A program made the position numbers and the translations under genes. The notes under the pieces were generated by a model. It saw only the letters and a program-made list of their open reading frames with translations. It was not told where the DNA came from and ran no database searches. Below, one piece after another: positions 34,305 through 46,829 of a DNA stretch of 50,046 nt; within the stretch, counting starts at the first letter, position 1; each line of letters starts with the position of its first letter. Origin of the DNA: Octopus bimaculoides (lineage: Eukaryota); contig NC_068987.1 of assembly GCF_001194135.2 (NCBI RefSeq), positions 62,708,330 to 62,758,375 of the forward strand, given 5' to 3'.

Positions 34305-35005
34305 TTCTACTCCAGGCACAAGGCCCGAAATTTTGGGGGAGGGAGCTAGTCGAAAAGATGAAAGGCAAAGTCTACCTAGGCGGAATTTGAACTCAGAATG
34401 TAAAGACAAACAAAATACCGGCGTGCTAACGTTTCTGCCAGCTCGGCGCCTGACAACGACTACTTATTATTCTTTTCTACTCTAGGTACAAGGCCCGAAN
34501 NNNNNNNNNTTTATTTGAGCGAAAAAATTCAAGGTGGTGTCCCAGCATGGTAGCGGTCTAATGTAAAAGATAAAAGATTTTGTGGGACTCAGTCTGAGGC
34601 ACAGGGGTTGGGAAGCCCTGCCTTACACGACTATTTACTATTCATTTCTACTCCAGGCACAAGGCCCGAAATTTTGGGGGAGGGAGCTAGTCGAAAAGAT
34701 GAAAGGCAAAGTCTACCTAGGCGGAATTTGAACTCAGAACGTAGCGACAGACGAAATACCGCTAAGCATTTCGCCCGGCGTGCTAACGTTTCTTATTTCT
34801 TTACTGCCCACAAAGGGCTACACACAGAGGGGACAAACAAGGACAGACAAACGGATTAAGTCTATTATATCGACCCCAGTGCGTAACTGGTACTTATTTA
34901 ATCGACCCTGAAAGGATGAAAGACAAAGTCGACCTCGGCGGAATTTGAACTCAGAACGTAGCGGTAGACGGAATTTGAACTCAGAACGTAGCGGCGTGCT
35001 TACGA
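34305..35005 (-). mobile_element. Cluster of tandem/partial SINE D copies around a 10-N gap
   Basis: Several GGCGGAATTTGAACTCAGAA and AAGGCCCGAAATTTT blocks; one copy has a long alternative tail (34785-34860). Confidence 0.75.
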
Positions 35006-35707
35006 CGACTACTTATTATTGTCATCCTTAAATAAAACGTAATTCTTTCACCGTTCACTTCAGTTCTGTTACATCTTTTGTCCCCTCTTACACACCAACT
35101 TGGTACAAATTATGCAGCTGCCGATATTTGACGCTCTTTCAGTTTCATACCTTCCACATGAACTAGCAAGTGGCAGTAAGAAACAAACACACTCAACCGT
35201 CTGCAATGAAATCTATTTCTATGGATATGACGGCTATCTAGCATGTTAGCATGTTGGGCGACGGAATTTAATTTTTACAATGCATGTCGTCGTTATTTCG
35301 AGCATAAAAGGAATAACTTCAGATATGATACCCCATCATCATTTATTTATGCATTTTCTATTCTAACGAGAAAATTTATTAACGAATAATAAGTAACAAC
35401 ATGCTACATTCACCAAATTTACAAAGAAATCATCATTTTACAATAATTGACTGTAAAGATTAATTAAACCAAGCTGATTACCGTTTTATGATATATTTTA
35501 CTGACATCAACAGTGCAACTTGGAATTTTTGTAGATATTTGGAGATTCCACACATGTAAGTAAACAGTTTATGAGCTGAAGGGAGTGCCTCTGATTACAA
35601 AGTGTAATTAAACGTTATATGGCTTTTTATAAGCAATTAAACACCATATTGGAGAATTTTTGTAGATATTTTAATATTTTAGTTTCTCCATAATTTTTTT
35701 TTCTATG

Positions 35708-35748
<41 letters not shown>

Positions 35749-36208
35749 ATATATATATATATGGATATATATATCTATGGATATATATATATATATATAA
35801 ATAAATAAAAGCTTTGACGCTAAATCCATATATATTAAAGTTTATTACCTATGTATACATTTNNNNNNNNNNNNNNNNNNNNNNNNNNNNNNNNNNNNNN
35901 NNNNNNNNNNNNNNNNNNNNNNNNNNNNNNNNNNNNNNNNNNNNNNNNNNNNNNNNNNNNNNNNNNNNNNNNNNNNNNNNNNNNNNNNNNNNNNNNNNNN
36001 NNNNNNNNNNNNNNNNNNNNNNNNNNNNNNNNNNNNNNNNNNNNNNNNNNNNNNNNNNNNNNNNNNNNNNNNNNNNNNNNNNNNNNNNNNNNNNNNNNNN
36101 NNNNNNNNNNNNNNNNNNNNNNNNNNNNNNNNNNNNNNNNNNNNNNNNNNNATATATATAAAGTGAAGTATATTGCCACTTAAATGTGGCTGACCCCTAG
36201 GGAGAATT

Positions 36209-36248
<40 letters not shown>

Positions 36249-36572
36249 TATATCGTTATGCTCAGTAATTCATGTTACCAGTATTATCCGACACGGGTCC
36301 AGTGGAACAAACCACTCCAAATGTTTGTTAGAGTATCCGTCTAAACAAAGTAAGGACAGGATAACTTGTATTAGCTTGGAGTGGTATAAACATAATAATA
36401 ATGTCAAACCACATATACACACAAACACATTGAGAGTGACCTCTCTTGTGGTACGAAACTGAAGGGGTACCCGATGTTTTCCTACTGTAGTTATATTTAC
36501 AAGACAAAGATGCTTCATTTGAACAGAAACGATCGTCTTCAACTTGAAGATTTGAAAGCAAATCAACTCACC

Positions 36573-37437
36573 TTTTCTCATCATAGAGAAACTGATTCAC
36601 TGAAAGAAACTACTTCTTTGTTGACATACACAACATTTCAGACACAGCACGAAACTAAATGATAATGCAGACTTAACTAATAAAGGGTAGCCTTGCTTTC
36701 GTAAAAATCTCAGTCACAGTTTGAGTATCAAAATTCGGTGATTATTTTTTAACAATGGTTTATGTTATTCAATATTTAAAAAGAACTTAAATTTATTTAT
36801 ATGACACTGACGGATGTCAATATTGTTTACATAACAACAAAACTACAATATGAAACACGGGAGATCGTTTCAAAGGACCGGAGCTCGGTAGTTTGTTGTG
36901 GAACTTACACTCTTACGGAAATCAATCAGATTTTACAATTTTGTAACAGAGAAAGTCGAAAATTAATTTTATGTTAATTCAGTGATTAGTTTGGGAGAAT
37001 TTGCGATCGTAGATACGGTCAATTACCGAAAGTTAAGCATTTCGTGCATTGCTCTTCAACGGAAAATAATCAGCAAAAAAACCCAAATAGTTGCTGACTT
37101 CGTCGTAAATGAAGTGCGAGGGAGTCAGTGAAAGTGGTAGTAAGAAATAAAGAGGGATTGGAACAAGATGTGTGGGAGAAGTTCACCAAAAGAAAGCGGA
37201 GATGGAATGAGTAAAAACCAAGCAGGAAGTGGGGAAAACCGAAAAGAATTTGACGGATGAAGCAAGTTGAAAGGTCAACGCACGAAGCGACAGTACTGAA
37301 CACACGTAGACAATTACAGTGAAAGATGCATTGATACAATTACATGTCATCTTAAAAAGATCCACTAATATAATGTGTACACACATGCAGGTATTTTTTC
37401 AAACGGATTCACTGAAATCAAAGTCGAAATCTGAGAG
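36573..37437. promoter_or_regulatory. Candidate bidirectional promoter with divergent non-coding first exons
   Basis: CpG retained locally compared with the depleted flanks. Minus-strand donor AAG|GTGAGT (intron starts 36571); plus-strand donors CAG|GTATTT (intron starts 37391) and GAG|GTATGA (intron starts ~37438). Confidence 0.4.
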
Positions 37438-37692
37438 GTATGATGATGAGGGAAGCATACGGATGTATGCAAGAGGAAGAATTAGAGTAGGTTGAGGCTG
37501 GGCCAACTTAGCATCATTATAGGCTTCTGGTTAGATCAATGCACCGGGCTCAATGGTATTTATTTATTGATAGCAAGCCATAGTATACATAGATCAGAGC
37601 TGAACTCCTTGACCAGTGAGGCCCCTGGGCAAAGCTCAGTATCTCAATGCCTTAAAATGGAACTGAGCTGAAGTTGATTTTCATACCATAAA

Positions 37693-38547
37693 CAGTAGAT
37701 GCTCACATTTAATTTGACAGCATGCATGAATGGAAAAGAAACCACAACATCTTATCAAAAAAAATAAAAGCATTTAAAAAAAAACAAAATAACTAGATTA
37801 TGGCTGGGGAAAATAACAGATTACTCAAAGTAGCCACATTCAGCTTCCACCATGGCCTCAAGAAAGCTCTAAAAACTGGTGCATGAATTCCTCATTGTGT
37901 CCCTGGAAAGATCTTTAAACCCCTTCTTAGTCTTTGTCACCAGCTTGGCCTTGGTGTTGCAGGTAAAGCGGCTGGTGTCTTTCTCAACCATGCACCACAC
38001 AGTCGTCCATGGGATTACAGTTGAGGGAATTAGGAGGCCAGAAATTAAGGTTAGTGAAGTCATAGAAATTCCCTGACAACCATTGATTCTTTCTGAAGGT
38101 ATGGCAAGGAACCAAATCCTGCTACCACACATATGGCCTTTCAGCAGCAACCCTCTCCAGCTTGGTTTTGACCACAGTTTCCCACAGCTTCCCATAGCCA
38201 TCTGAATTGAGCCTAAAGCCATGTTCAAAGATGTGGGGAGGAATTCTTGCATGCAGTCAGAATGCCTGCTGCATCCTGCTGGCCACAGCTTTGTAGTTTC
38301 CATTGTAGCAGCCATGTTACATCTTACAGCTTTTCCTGTGTTCACAAAGCACTGACAACAGTCATGATATCAGTATATTGATACCTGGTGTGAACCATTA
38401 TGATACTGGTAGCTCTTTTCCAAAATTCAAATGACTCCCAGTCCTCAATGCCAGCAAACTCTTTCTCACTGACTATTCACTGAACACCAAGCTGTTCCTG
38501 AAAACAGGAGACATAAAAGTTGTCAAATTTAGCCTAAACACCCTGTA
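37693..38547 (-). mobile_element. IS630-Tc1-mariner relic of maT/DD37D type (C-terminal half)
   Basis: YVW*QDLVPCHT...FWPPNSLNCNPMD, VW..VEKDT, LEAMVEAE.GYFE*. I count 36 residues between the second and third catalytic D, consistent with DD37D minus one codon. TA-CAGGGTG...AAATTTGACA terminus at 38519-38547 and a weak match at 37693. Confidence 0.8.
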
Positions 38548-38562
38548 TGTTAGATCTTCTTA

Positions 38563-38974
38563 TCCTCTTTTACTTGTTTCAGTCATTTGACTGTGGCCAT
38601 GCTGGAGCACTGCCTTTAGTCGAGCAAATCAACCCCAGGACTTATTCTTTGGAAACCTAGTACTTATTCTATCAGTCTCTTTTGCTGAACCGCTAAGTTA
38701 CGGGGACGTAAACACACTAGCATCGGTTGTCAAGCAATGTTGGGGGGACAAACACAGACCCACAAACATATACACACGCATAAATATACATATATATATA
38801 TACATATATACGACGGGCTTCTTTCAGTTTCCGTCCACCAAATCCACTCACAAGGCTTTGGTCGGCCCGAGGCTATAGTGGAAGACACTTGCCCAAGGTG
38901 CCACGCAGTGGGACTGAACCCGGAACCATGTGGTTGGTAACCAAGCTACTTACCACACAGCCACTCCTACGTCT
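38563..38974 (-). mobile_element. SINE family A, young full-length copy
   Basis: Near-identical reverse complement of 26611-27025. Confidence 0.92.
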
Positions 38975-39420
38975 CCATTAATCCATTAATTTTGCTTTAA
39001 AATATCCTCTTATATCCTACCTTTCTACTTCTCTAATTCTTTGCTTCCTAACAATGGATTTGAACAAAGTAATTGGTGCTGTTTGTTTTATAAATTAGAA
39101 AGAAAAGTAAACTATCGCCCACGTTTTTGGTCTGTAATGTTATTTTTAAAAAAATTTGCAGATGTGTAAGAAAAAAAAAAATAATGTAAAGTGAGAATAA
39201 AATTTGTAAAAGAGTAAACAAAAACTAGAAACTGAAACAGCTGAAAAATAGAATAATATTATCAACAGCTGTTCTTATATGCAATTAAAGCTTATAGAAT
39301 ATTATTAGTCACTTCTATAAGTACAATAAACTGCAAAATAATTTTTAAAAAAACTTCACAACATAAAAATAATGATGACAATGACTATAATTATGAAGAT
39401 AACTATCACAATGTTTTCTA

Positions 39421-39610
39421 AGGCAGCTAAGTGGCAAAACTGTTAGCACATTTTGTTTGTTTTTACATTTTGAGTTCAAATTCTGCTGAGGTTGACTTAA
39501 CCTTTCATCCTTTGAAGGTCAATAAAATAAGTTGAGCACTGGGATCTATGTAATCCACTTACTCCCTAACCTGAACTTGCAGGCCTTGTGCCAAATTCAA
39601 AACCATTATT
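39421..39610 (+). mobile_element. SINE family D, CpG-decayed
   Basis: TGGCAAAACTGTTAGCAC...TGAGTTCAAATTCTGCTGAGGTTGAC...GGCCTTGTGCCAAATT. Confidence 0.75.
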
Positions 39611-39713
39611 ATAGTCATGTTTTCTACATAGGAATTGGGCTGGCCTGCATTATAGCTTATCACCATTCCTTGAAATCCAACAACTATCTGATCTTTGAGG
39701 CACAGTATTCTCA

Positions 39714-40996
39714 GGTAGAAACTCTATAAGATGTACTCAGTGGAAGCTATGGACACATAAGAGGTGCAGCAATATTGAAGGAAGGCTAACTGGGAAGATA
39801 GTTTTTGTATGTGGCAGATGCTCAGGAGCAATAAACACTGAAAATGTGCAGAGAACAACTTCCTCCACATTCCAAGGAGAAAAACTAGAAGTAGTTGATA
39901 GCTTCCGTTACCTAGGTGACCAAGTCAGTTGCAGGGGTGGGTGCGCTGAAAGTGTAGCTGCTACAATAAGAATAGCCTGGGCAAAGTTCAGAGAGCTCTT
40001 ACCTCTGCTGGTGACAAAGGGCCTCTCACTCAGAGTAAAAGGCAGACTGTATGACGCATGTGTATGAACAGCCATGCTACATGGCAGTGAAACATGGACC
40101 ATGACTGGGATGTGTAATGTCGGTGTGCATACTTGACAGAGTGTAAGTACCTTGAGAGAAAAGTTGGACCTAAGAAGCAGCAGATGTGGTATGCAAGAGA
40201 GGTGACTGCACTGGTATGGTCATGTGGCGAGAATGGATGAGGATAGCTGTGTAAAAAAGTGCCACACCCAAACAGTTGAGGGAACCTGTGGAAGAGGTAG
40301 ACCCAGGAAGACCTGGGATGAGATGGTGAAGCACGACTTTCGAAAATTGGACCTCACCAAAGCGATGACTAGTGACCGAGACCTTTAGAAATATGCTGTG
40401 TGTGAGAAGACCCAGCAACCCATGTGAGACCATAACATGTGGTCTATGCCAGGGGTGTAACCGGCCCACTTATGCATACCTTTCCTTCATTGGACACTAA
40501 ACTCTGCTTGTGAAGACCTGTTGAGGCAAGAGAAATCGAAATCAAATCAAATTCGCAAATTCGATGGCTGACACCTGTGCCAGTAGAGTGCTAAGAGCAC
40601 CATCCCAGCATGATCGCTGCCAGAGCAGTTGACTGGATCCATGCCGGTGGTGCGTAAAAAGCACCATTCGAACGTGTTCGTTACCAGTGTTGCCTTACTG
40701 GCATGTGAAAAAACATTCGAGCGAGGTTGTTGCCAGTGCCACTGGACTGGCTCCTGTGCAGGTGGCACATGAAAAACACAACTTGAGCATGGCCGTTGCC
40801 AGTACTGCCTGACTGGCCCTCATGCTGGTGGCACGTAAAAGCACCCACTACACTCTCAAAGTGGTTGGCTTTAGGAAGGGCATTCAGCTGTAGAAACTCT
40901 GCTAGATTAGATTGGAGCCTGGTGCAGCCATCTGGTTTGCCAGTCCTCAGTCAAATCGTCCAACCCATGCTAGCATGGAAAGCGGACATTAAATGA

Positions 40997-41000
<4 letters not shown>
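39714..41000 (+). mobile_element. 5'-truncated RTE-clade LINE (RT C-terminus, thumb, 3' UTR, (ATG)n tail)
   Basis: LEVVDSFRYLGD, RIAWAKFRELLPLL, KGRLYDACV, MLHGSETW, LHWYGHVARM, RGRPRKTWDE; 3' end CCAACCCATGCTAGCATGGAAAGCGGACATTAAATGATGAT. Confidence 0.9.
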
Positions 41001-41051
<51 letters not shown>

Positions 41052-41090
41052 TATATATATTTATTTATATTTATATATATATGCAAGTTG

Positions 41091-41938
41091 TCTCTGGTGG
41101 TATCAAAAAGTTCCTGGACTAGCTCTTCAGTGTGCCAACAAATGGCAGCACACAGTTGTGTGCACAGTGGGAGCTAGCAGTGACCTTCATGAGGCAGTGT
41201 GCTGAGTGATATCACTGTGCTTGCTTTGCAAGTTGTGAAATTTGCATTTTTGTGATCACATGTATGCTGTAGTCTGCAGTTTTGTTATTGACAGGAACAA
41301 AGAGCCAACATGAAATTTTGTGTTAAACTTGGGAAGTCTGCTACAGAGACATTGAGCATACTTTGACAAGCTTACAGTGATGAGGCAATGGGTTGTACAC
41401 AATGTTTCAAGTGGCACAAGCACTTCAAAAGTGGAAGAATGTCCCTGGAAGACAATGACCTGCCACAAGTGGAAATGTGGTAGTGTGCTTCAAGAATTTG
41501 ATCCCTAGAGCCAGACCATCATTCAAGAGTTCTACTACAACGTTTTGAAGCATCTAAGGAAAGACATTTGGCAAAAGCAACTGGATCTGTGGTGTGAAAC
41601 GAATTGGATTCTTCATGATGACAATGCACCCTATGATTGAGCTCTCCTCCTCACCAAAAACAGCATGGTATCACTTCCATACACATCCTATTCACCAGAT
41701 TTAGCACCTGCAGGTCACTGTTTTAACACCATTGTCAAGATCCAGAGTGAATTGATGAAGGTCTTCAACTTGCTTAGGCAAAACAACTTTCAGGCCAGAT
41801 TCCATGATATGAAGGCTGAGACTGGTGTCTTGCTGTGCAAGGTGATAATTTCAAAGGAGATGGTGTTAAAACTTGGGTAAATAAGTTATTTTTTTATTAA
41901 ATATTACTAGTCATGGAACCTTTTGATACCAGCTCATA
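41091..41938 (+). mobile_element. Internally deleted mariner element with both TIRs
   Basis: TIRs GGTATCAAAAAGTTCCTGGACTAG and CTAGTCATGGAACCTTTTGATACC; EQRANMKFCVKLGKSATET, WILHDDNAP, YSPDLAP. Confidence 0.88.
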
Positions 41939-42805
41939 CACACATCTGATGATGCTCTTAATGTTTTGTCATCTCAGTTACAGGGATCATACTTCATTTA
42001 TTTCTCTGCAGATCATTTATGTTGTACATTCCAATCTCATTAACACGTGTGTTTTCCATTTAAATGTGAGAACTCTTTGTTAGCAACTTTTTTCCACCCT
42101 TTTTTTACTCTACTGTCTGTACATGTGCTATAAACAGCAAGCACATATCAGGTCACCTACATAACACAAAAGACTAACAGATTCGTTTAAAGCATCCAAA
42201 ACACAAATAGACATTAGAAGAAATACTATCGCATAATGAAGTGCAACAAATAACAGTTTCTGTCACTCAGAATAACAAGACAGAGCTAATGTCATTGACA
42301 TATTTAACATACTTCCAAAATACTGATAGCAGTGAAAGTATAGCTTGTTAAAAACAAACAATTAATCTAGCGAATAGTAATGTTATTTTTATAAAAAGAT
42401 TTTGCTTTCATTCATTTTAAAATTCTTGATGCAGTCCAGATAAAAGGTGTGTCCTCAAATTAGTAGAACAATGGTTGCTCTACAAACCAAGGAAGCCATT
42501 CTATGGTTATTCAGCCTGTTAGTAATAGCAGCCAAATCTCCTTTACATTACACCTTACTGACTTTAGAAAGAAAAGATATATTGAATATTGTAGTCATGG
42601 ATAAACAATGTCTGAAAAATAAAGATCAGAAGGTCATAGTCGGATTGCCTTTAATCACAGATCTGTTTAATTAAGGCTGAGCTGAGGGTGAACAGCACCA
42701 TTGTCATCTACCACCATCAGAACACTAAGTAGCCTTATACACTTAATCAATCCACTGGAAATAGCAGCCAAATCTCTCTCAAATCATATTAATAACACAT
42801 TCGTA

Positions 42806-43610
42806 AGTGCAGGCATGGCCACGTGATTGAAAGGTTCACTTTACAACCATGTGGTTTCAGGTTCAGTCCTGCTGTGTTGCACTCCAGGCTAATCAAAGCT
42901 TTGTGAGTAAATCTGCTAGGCAGAAACTGAAAAATTGCCTATTGTATACGTGTGTGTGTGTGTGTGCGTGCGTGTATGTGTGCGTGTGTCCTTTTGATAT
43001 AGTGCAATCGTTGTAAACATGTGTTGTTGGCACTCCATCACTGACGACATCGAGGGTCCCAGTTGATCCAATCAACAGAACAGCCTGCTCGTGAAATTAA
43101 CGTGCAAGTGGCTGAGCACTCCACAGACACGTGTACCCTTAACGTAGTTCTCGGGGATATTCAGCGTGACACAGTGTGACAAGGCTGACCCTTTGAATTA
43201 CAGGCACAACAGAAACAGGAAGTAAGAGTGAGAGAAAGTTGTGGTGGAAGAGAACAGCAGGGTTCGCCACCATCCCCTGCCGGAGCCTCGTGGAGTTTTA
43301 GGTGTTTTCGTTCAATAAACACTCACAATGCCCGGTCTGGGAATCGAAACCGCGATCCTATGACCGCGAGTCCGCTGCCCTAACCACTGGGCCATTGCGC
43401 CTCCACTGTAAACACGTGTCATCATGATACAAACAGTGCTATTTGTTTCCTGTCTTCTGTCAAAACATGTTTGGTCTTGGAGGAATATCACCTTGCTTGG
43501 AAACAGGTGAGGGCTGACAACAGGAAGAGGGCAGCCAGCTATTGAAAGTCTGCTTCAATGAATTTTGTCCAACCCATGCAATCATGAAAAAGTGGACATT
43601 TGATGATGAG
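42806..43610 (+). mobile_element. Old composite SINE (family A-like head, RTE-like 3' tail) interrupted by SINE B
   Basis: GCAGGCATGGCC...GGTTCAGTCC head; tail CCAACCCATGC...GGACATTTGATGATG like the RTE 3' end. Confidence 0.55.
43025..43406 (-). mobile_element. SINE family B, full length, with target-site duplication
   Basis: TSD TGTAAACATGTGT (43012-43024) and TGTAAACACGTGT (43407-43419), one CpG-type mismatch. Confidence 0.92.
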
Positions 43611-44404
43611 GAGGAGGGGAGGAGGTAGAAAGAAGAAAAGAGAGAGGCAGAGGAGAAGGAAGAAGAGAGGGAGGAGGCAGAGGACATTCAATAACAATGT
43701 AGTCCAAATATATGAAAAAATGGCTTATGATCATAAGATTTATCATTCAGTATTTTACCGTAAGATTTATCATCCAACCTAGGGCAAGACAACAACTCAA
43801 TCACAAATCAACAATGGAGCCTCTTTGTGAGCATTCTAACTGCTAGAAACAACAGCCAAATTTTGCTTAAATCACACCCAATCATATTCAGATATGATAT
43901 TGTCTTAGATACATTGCTACCGAAGAAAAGATGAGATAGTCATGGCTAGAATATCTTTGATCATAAGTTTAATCAATCAGGTCTACTTCAGTCTTTTATG
44001 AAAAACCCTATGTCACTTTCTCAAAAGCAAAAACTTGACATGCTAGTGATCTCTATAGAAATATATCTCAGATCTGCTATTTGAAACATGAATTGAAAAG
44101 AGACATGTGACAAAACAAAACATGAATCTTTGAGGTCCCACTTTTTCGGGGGAAGTAACTCAGTTTTTCTGGCAATTAGATTTTCCAGTTATGATAATCC
44201 AGTATTTTTACATATTTATGACTACATTATTCAATATATCTTTTTCAAGGATAGGTGATATGAATATTTGGCTGCTATTTCTTGCAAATTGAGCCATTAT
44301 GTAGATGCTGTTGTTCATATTTACTGTCATGAATAAGGCATTAAACATAATCAACGCAGTTTAACCTTTTAGCACTTAAACTGGCCCTATCCAGCCAAAA
44401 TATT

Positions 44405-44598
44405 CTTTTCTACTCTAGGCACAATGCCCGAAATTTTGGGGGAGGGGGCTAGCCAATTAGATCGACCCCAGTATACAACTGGTACATAATTTACCGACCC
44501 CAAAAGGATGAAAGGCAAAGTCGACTTTGTCAGAATTTGAACTCAGAACGTAAAGACAGACAAAATACTGCTAAGCATTTCACCTGGTGTGCTAACAT
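44405..44598 (-). mobile_element. SINE family D
   Basis: CTAGGCACAATGCCCGAAATTTTGGGGGAG...GGATGAAAGGCAAAGTCGAC...AATTTGAACTCAGAACG. Confidence 0.85.
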
Positions 44599-45529
44599 TT
44601 AACAATTGTGTAGAAGAGATAAAAGTCCTCATGCTACAAAAATCTTGTAAAAGAGTTGAAAGGTTAACATTTAATAATAGTAATGAACTTATTTTCTAAA
44701 GTGCTCAGGTGCACTACTACTCGTAAGAAAAAGTAACCAAAATTGCCTGAACATTACATAGAATATGCACAGGAAGTGAACAGTGGATAAGTCTTAAAAA
44801 AAGAAAAAGATGGGAGTAGAGGACATTAGGTGTACTGCTGGCGAATTTCAGGAAGTATGGAGGTCTTGAAGGATGTAGTGTCCCAACAGCTTACAACTGA
44901 TGTAATTAGTTTATTCCATGCTTCAGCAATTTTGAGCGGGAAAAAAATGTTTCCAAAAGTCATGGGTGCTGTATTGTTTTTTTAATTTTGTGAGCATGTC
45001 AACAAGTGTTAGACATATGGATTCAAAAAGGTGCCTAAGCTTGTTGTTGGAAAGACGGTCGATAATACAGTGGATGTCTACCCAGTCAGTTGCCAGAAGT
45101 CAGAGCTTTAATGTGTCCATACCCAGGGAATCAAGATGTTCAGAGTATGGTAGATGCCTAACAGCAGGTATTCAGCTAGTTGCATGTTTCTAAACAGTTT
45201 CTCGGAAACTGATATGCCAAGTAAGACAGGGGTTCCATACTGGTGATGCAAACTCTAAGTGTGGATGTAAAACTAGCTTTAGAAGTTATCTCAATATTTC
45301 ATTTCAGCAACATTACTGATTGTTGTTGAGAAAATGTCAGGACATGATACCTACACCCAGTCAGCAAAGCTTGTAGTTGACAATAGGAAGGCCATCTAGT
45401 CAAGTAATCAAAGACATTTACTAAAAGAGAGCTCAGGTTCTAACACCTCACCACTTTTAACAAGTAACCCAACCAACACCAACCAGCAGAGAATGATTTC
45501 ATTATTTTTTTCCAGGTTCATCTTAGGAT

Positions 45530-46270
45530 TTCTATTTAGTGTACAATGGATTTCGTGTGAGAAAGTTGAATGCTGGTGTAACGGTACTTTTTGGCAGATA
45601 ATAATTCGATATATGCATACTCATAGCAGAGATGTAGGTAGATGGGGTCATTAAGCAACAAGGCCATGTGATAGAATAATTAAAGTAGTTGCATACATGA
45701 AATAAGGCATTTGTAAGCCACACATTAGACTAACATGAGAAAAAGGATCAATTATACAAGGCTATTGTGCAAGCTACCTCAAAATTTGATGATAATAATA
45801 TAACCATTCTGTATGGTTATTTAAATAGTTATTATCGAGGAAGTCCTAACACAATGACACTGGTGTGCTTGGAAGGTATGGCCAAGAAATGCAAAGGTAT
45901 TAAGATTCCTGCAGAATGTTATCTGTTATTCAAGTGAGCATAACAACCAGATTTACTTTTGATCAACAGTAGTAACAAGTCTCTCTCTAGCAAGAAATAT
46001 GTCATAAACTAGAATAGTAATTCACAACTTCAAATTAAGGACAAGAGAGCTTTTATGTAAGAAACCTTCACAAAGAGTGAAATAGCTGTTTTTTTAGTTA
46101 AAATTTCAGAACTAGAAGACAACTGTTCATAGACATAGGAAGATGTAGAGGACAATATTTACAACTGTATGTTCTTAAGGTCACCAACTACTTCGGCAGA
46201 TACAGCAGGGCCATAAACAAACAATGGGAAGCAACGTAGTAGAATAGTGGTGTATGTGGGGCTTATAAGA
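45530..46270 (+). mobile_element. Heavily decayed RTE-like APE endonuclease and linker fragment
   Basis: AGVTVL, KDQLYKAIVQATSKF..ITILYG.LN (GDFN-like), HKL..FKLRT and VEDN motifs across frameshifts. Confidence 0.45.
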
Positions 46271-46829
46271 ACTAAACAACAGGCTTGTAAGGGTTAAACA
46301 TCTGACCCATCTCTTGCAAACATTCCTGACTGTTCCCAATCTTTATTATCATCTTTCAAAACTGATTAAAATTTCTGATTTAGTTCAGAGTTCCCCTTAC
46401 TCATAGACATGACCATGTGTCCTTGATCTTAATACTTTAGTTGTTCTTTCCTTCATCTCTCACTCAACTACACAACTAGGTTTCAATTTATTGTGATCAG
46501 CCAGTCTGAAAGAACTTTCTAGAAATTAATACACTGCATAGTTTGCAGGCTCTACAGCATACGATACATAGACAAAATGGGTTGCTGTTTGTCAGACAAG
46601 TTCTGTGAGAATTTACTGGACATACATATTAACAGTCAAGAGTTCTCAAACCTGTAGCTCAGTCACCCCTCTCAATATCTCTTAGTCTATGATGTTCATC
46701 AATATTCTGGTTCTAATTAGAACTGCTCACACAAGGAAAAAAACATCTTAGCATTAACAAATTGTTTTAGTTGTTTGTAGTGTGCTGTGATGTATATACA
46801 TATATATATATGTATATACATATATATAT

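Noticed and set aside
37869-38345. 158-aa ORF as a novel gene
   Set aside because: Mostly the wrong frame of a decayed maT-like transposase.
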